From the NCBI RefSeq assembly GCF_006345805.1, contig NC_043019.1, positions 19,591,360 to 19,655,359 on the forward strand: DNA of 64,000 bases. Direction: 5' to 3'. The translations under genes were made by a program, and so were the position numbers. Under the pieces are notes generated by a model. That model worked only from the letters and a program-made list of their open reading frames with translations, did no database searches and was not told the origin of the DNA. Shown piece by piece: positions 62,750 through 64,000 of this stretch. The DNA is from Octopus sinensis. Taxonomy: Eukaryota. Positions within the stretch are counted from its first letter, which is position 1; every line of letters starts with the position of its first letter.

Positions 62750-64000
62750 TATATTTTAGAGAATGTCTGATATTTTTGTTACAGTGAGTGATTTAAAATA
62801 TAACCGGTTTCGATATACCCATCTTATCAAATATCAAAAAGAATTTTTGGCGAAGTAAAAAACAAAAAAATTAGGGGTTAACAGTTTACACCCATGTTTT
62901 GTTCTTAGTAAAATTTTACTTTAGGGTGATATATTATCAAAACATTTTTCTTTTTTTCTGTTTCTATTGAGAGAATCTGTTTTAGTTGTTAAGTGTTGTT
63001 TTATGGAAGATCTTTCAAACGATTTGGGAGAATTATCTTCCATTTGCTTTGTTGTGTGTGTGTGTGTGTGTGTGTGTGACTGCGTGTTGTTTTGTCTGTG
63101 TGAGTGTGTGGGTATGTATGTATATGTGTTGTAAGGTATGGCTATCTGTGTGTGTGTGTGTGTGTTTTGGGGATATATTGGCAAAGCGTTTTTCTGTCTT
63201 CCTTCTTTTTTAATAAGAGGATATGGTCAGTAGTTCTGTCCAGCTGTGTGTGTGTTGTTTTGTCTGTGTGAGTGTGTCTATGTGTATGGGTGTTGCTTTT
63301 GGTTTTTTTGGCGGGGGAAATATGTTTTGTATATTATAGTGGGTGTGTATATGTATGTGATTTTGTTTTTTTTGTGGGGGGGGGGGACTGCTTTGTGTGT
63401 GTGTATGTGTGTGTGTGTGTGTGTGTTGACACACATGGTAAAATATTTTTCTTTGTTTTGATTCTCGCTTTTTCCTTCGTTCCTTGATATGAATATGTTT
63501 TGCCTTGTATATTCCATTGATGATTAAGCCAAATGGAACAAAGACTGGAAGAACTTAAAAACACTCAGCCAAAGACGGGTGTCTTTAAGTTCTTCCAGTC
63601 TTTGTTCCATTTGGTTGGGTCTGAGACTATTGTACAAATTCGCTTTGCTAGGTTAAAGGGAATATTCAGTTTGGTGTGTTTAGAGCATCAAGATATGAAT
63701 AGAAGGCACTGTTTGGAGTCCGTGGGTTTATAGAATATGTCTGTTTCTATTTTCTCATCCTTGTTGGTGATTAAAATATCGAAGAAGGCAAGTTTCTTAG
63801 TGTTAAACTCCATTGTAAATAATAAGTTGGTCAGCATAGTTTTGAATCTTGTCAGTGTATCCAGGTTTTTCTGCCATAAGATAAAGTAATCATCCAGGTA
63901 CCTTTTCAAATCATTTTTGAGTTGTGTATAGAATGTATCTCCGAAGATAAGAAGGTATTGGCTGTAAAACTTTAGATCATGGAATCCCATGACTAAATTG
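62750..64000 (-). mobile_element. Penelope-like element (RT, thumb, GIY-YIG end, terminal region), runs off the window
   Basis: RYLDD..FTME..LAFFDILI..TDIFYKPT; KHTKLNIPFNLAKRICTIVSD; KEKCFDNISP. Confidence 0.85.
62798..62834 (-). ncRNA. Minimal type-I hammerhead motif, U3-A8 core variant
   Basis: Minus: atat TTGATAA gat-gggtat-atc GAAA CCGG TT atat; all three stems pair, G10.1-C11.1 is intact, and it lies downstream of the PLE ORF. Confidence 0.65.

Overview
AT-rich, microsatellite-dense animal genomic DNA. The repeat families (RTE LINEs with (GAT)n tails, tRNA-headed SINEs, many Penelope-like elements) look like octopod cephalopod (Octopus) DNA; that is an inference from the repeats, not a database hit. 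Most of the window is transposon debris: two RTE families, a young CR1, R4/Dong-type LINE fragments, a Gypsy remnant, several Penelope-like elements (PLEs), four Tc1/mariner lineages and a GGG-ended foldback DNA element. One convincing host exon is present: an SLC16/MCT-like TM1 exon at 60318-60505 (+). There is also a phase-compatible upstream exon candidate and a speculative two-exon micro-ORF on the minus strand. The most notable signal is a set of hammerhead-ribozyme-like motifs, five of which carry a UUGANAA core (C3-G8 pair swapped to U3-A8) and an ACCGGT palindromic stem III (one copy ACCAGT). Four of the five sit at the outer ends of two long foldback elements. All alignments and translations were done by eye; boundaries of old fragments are approximate.
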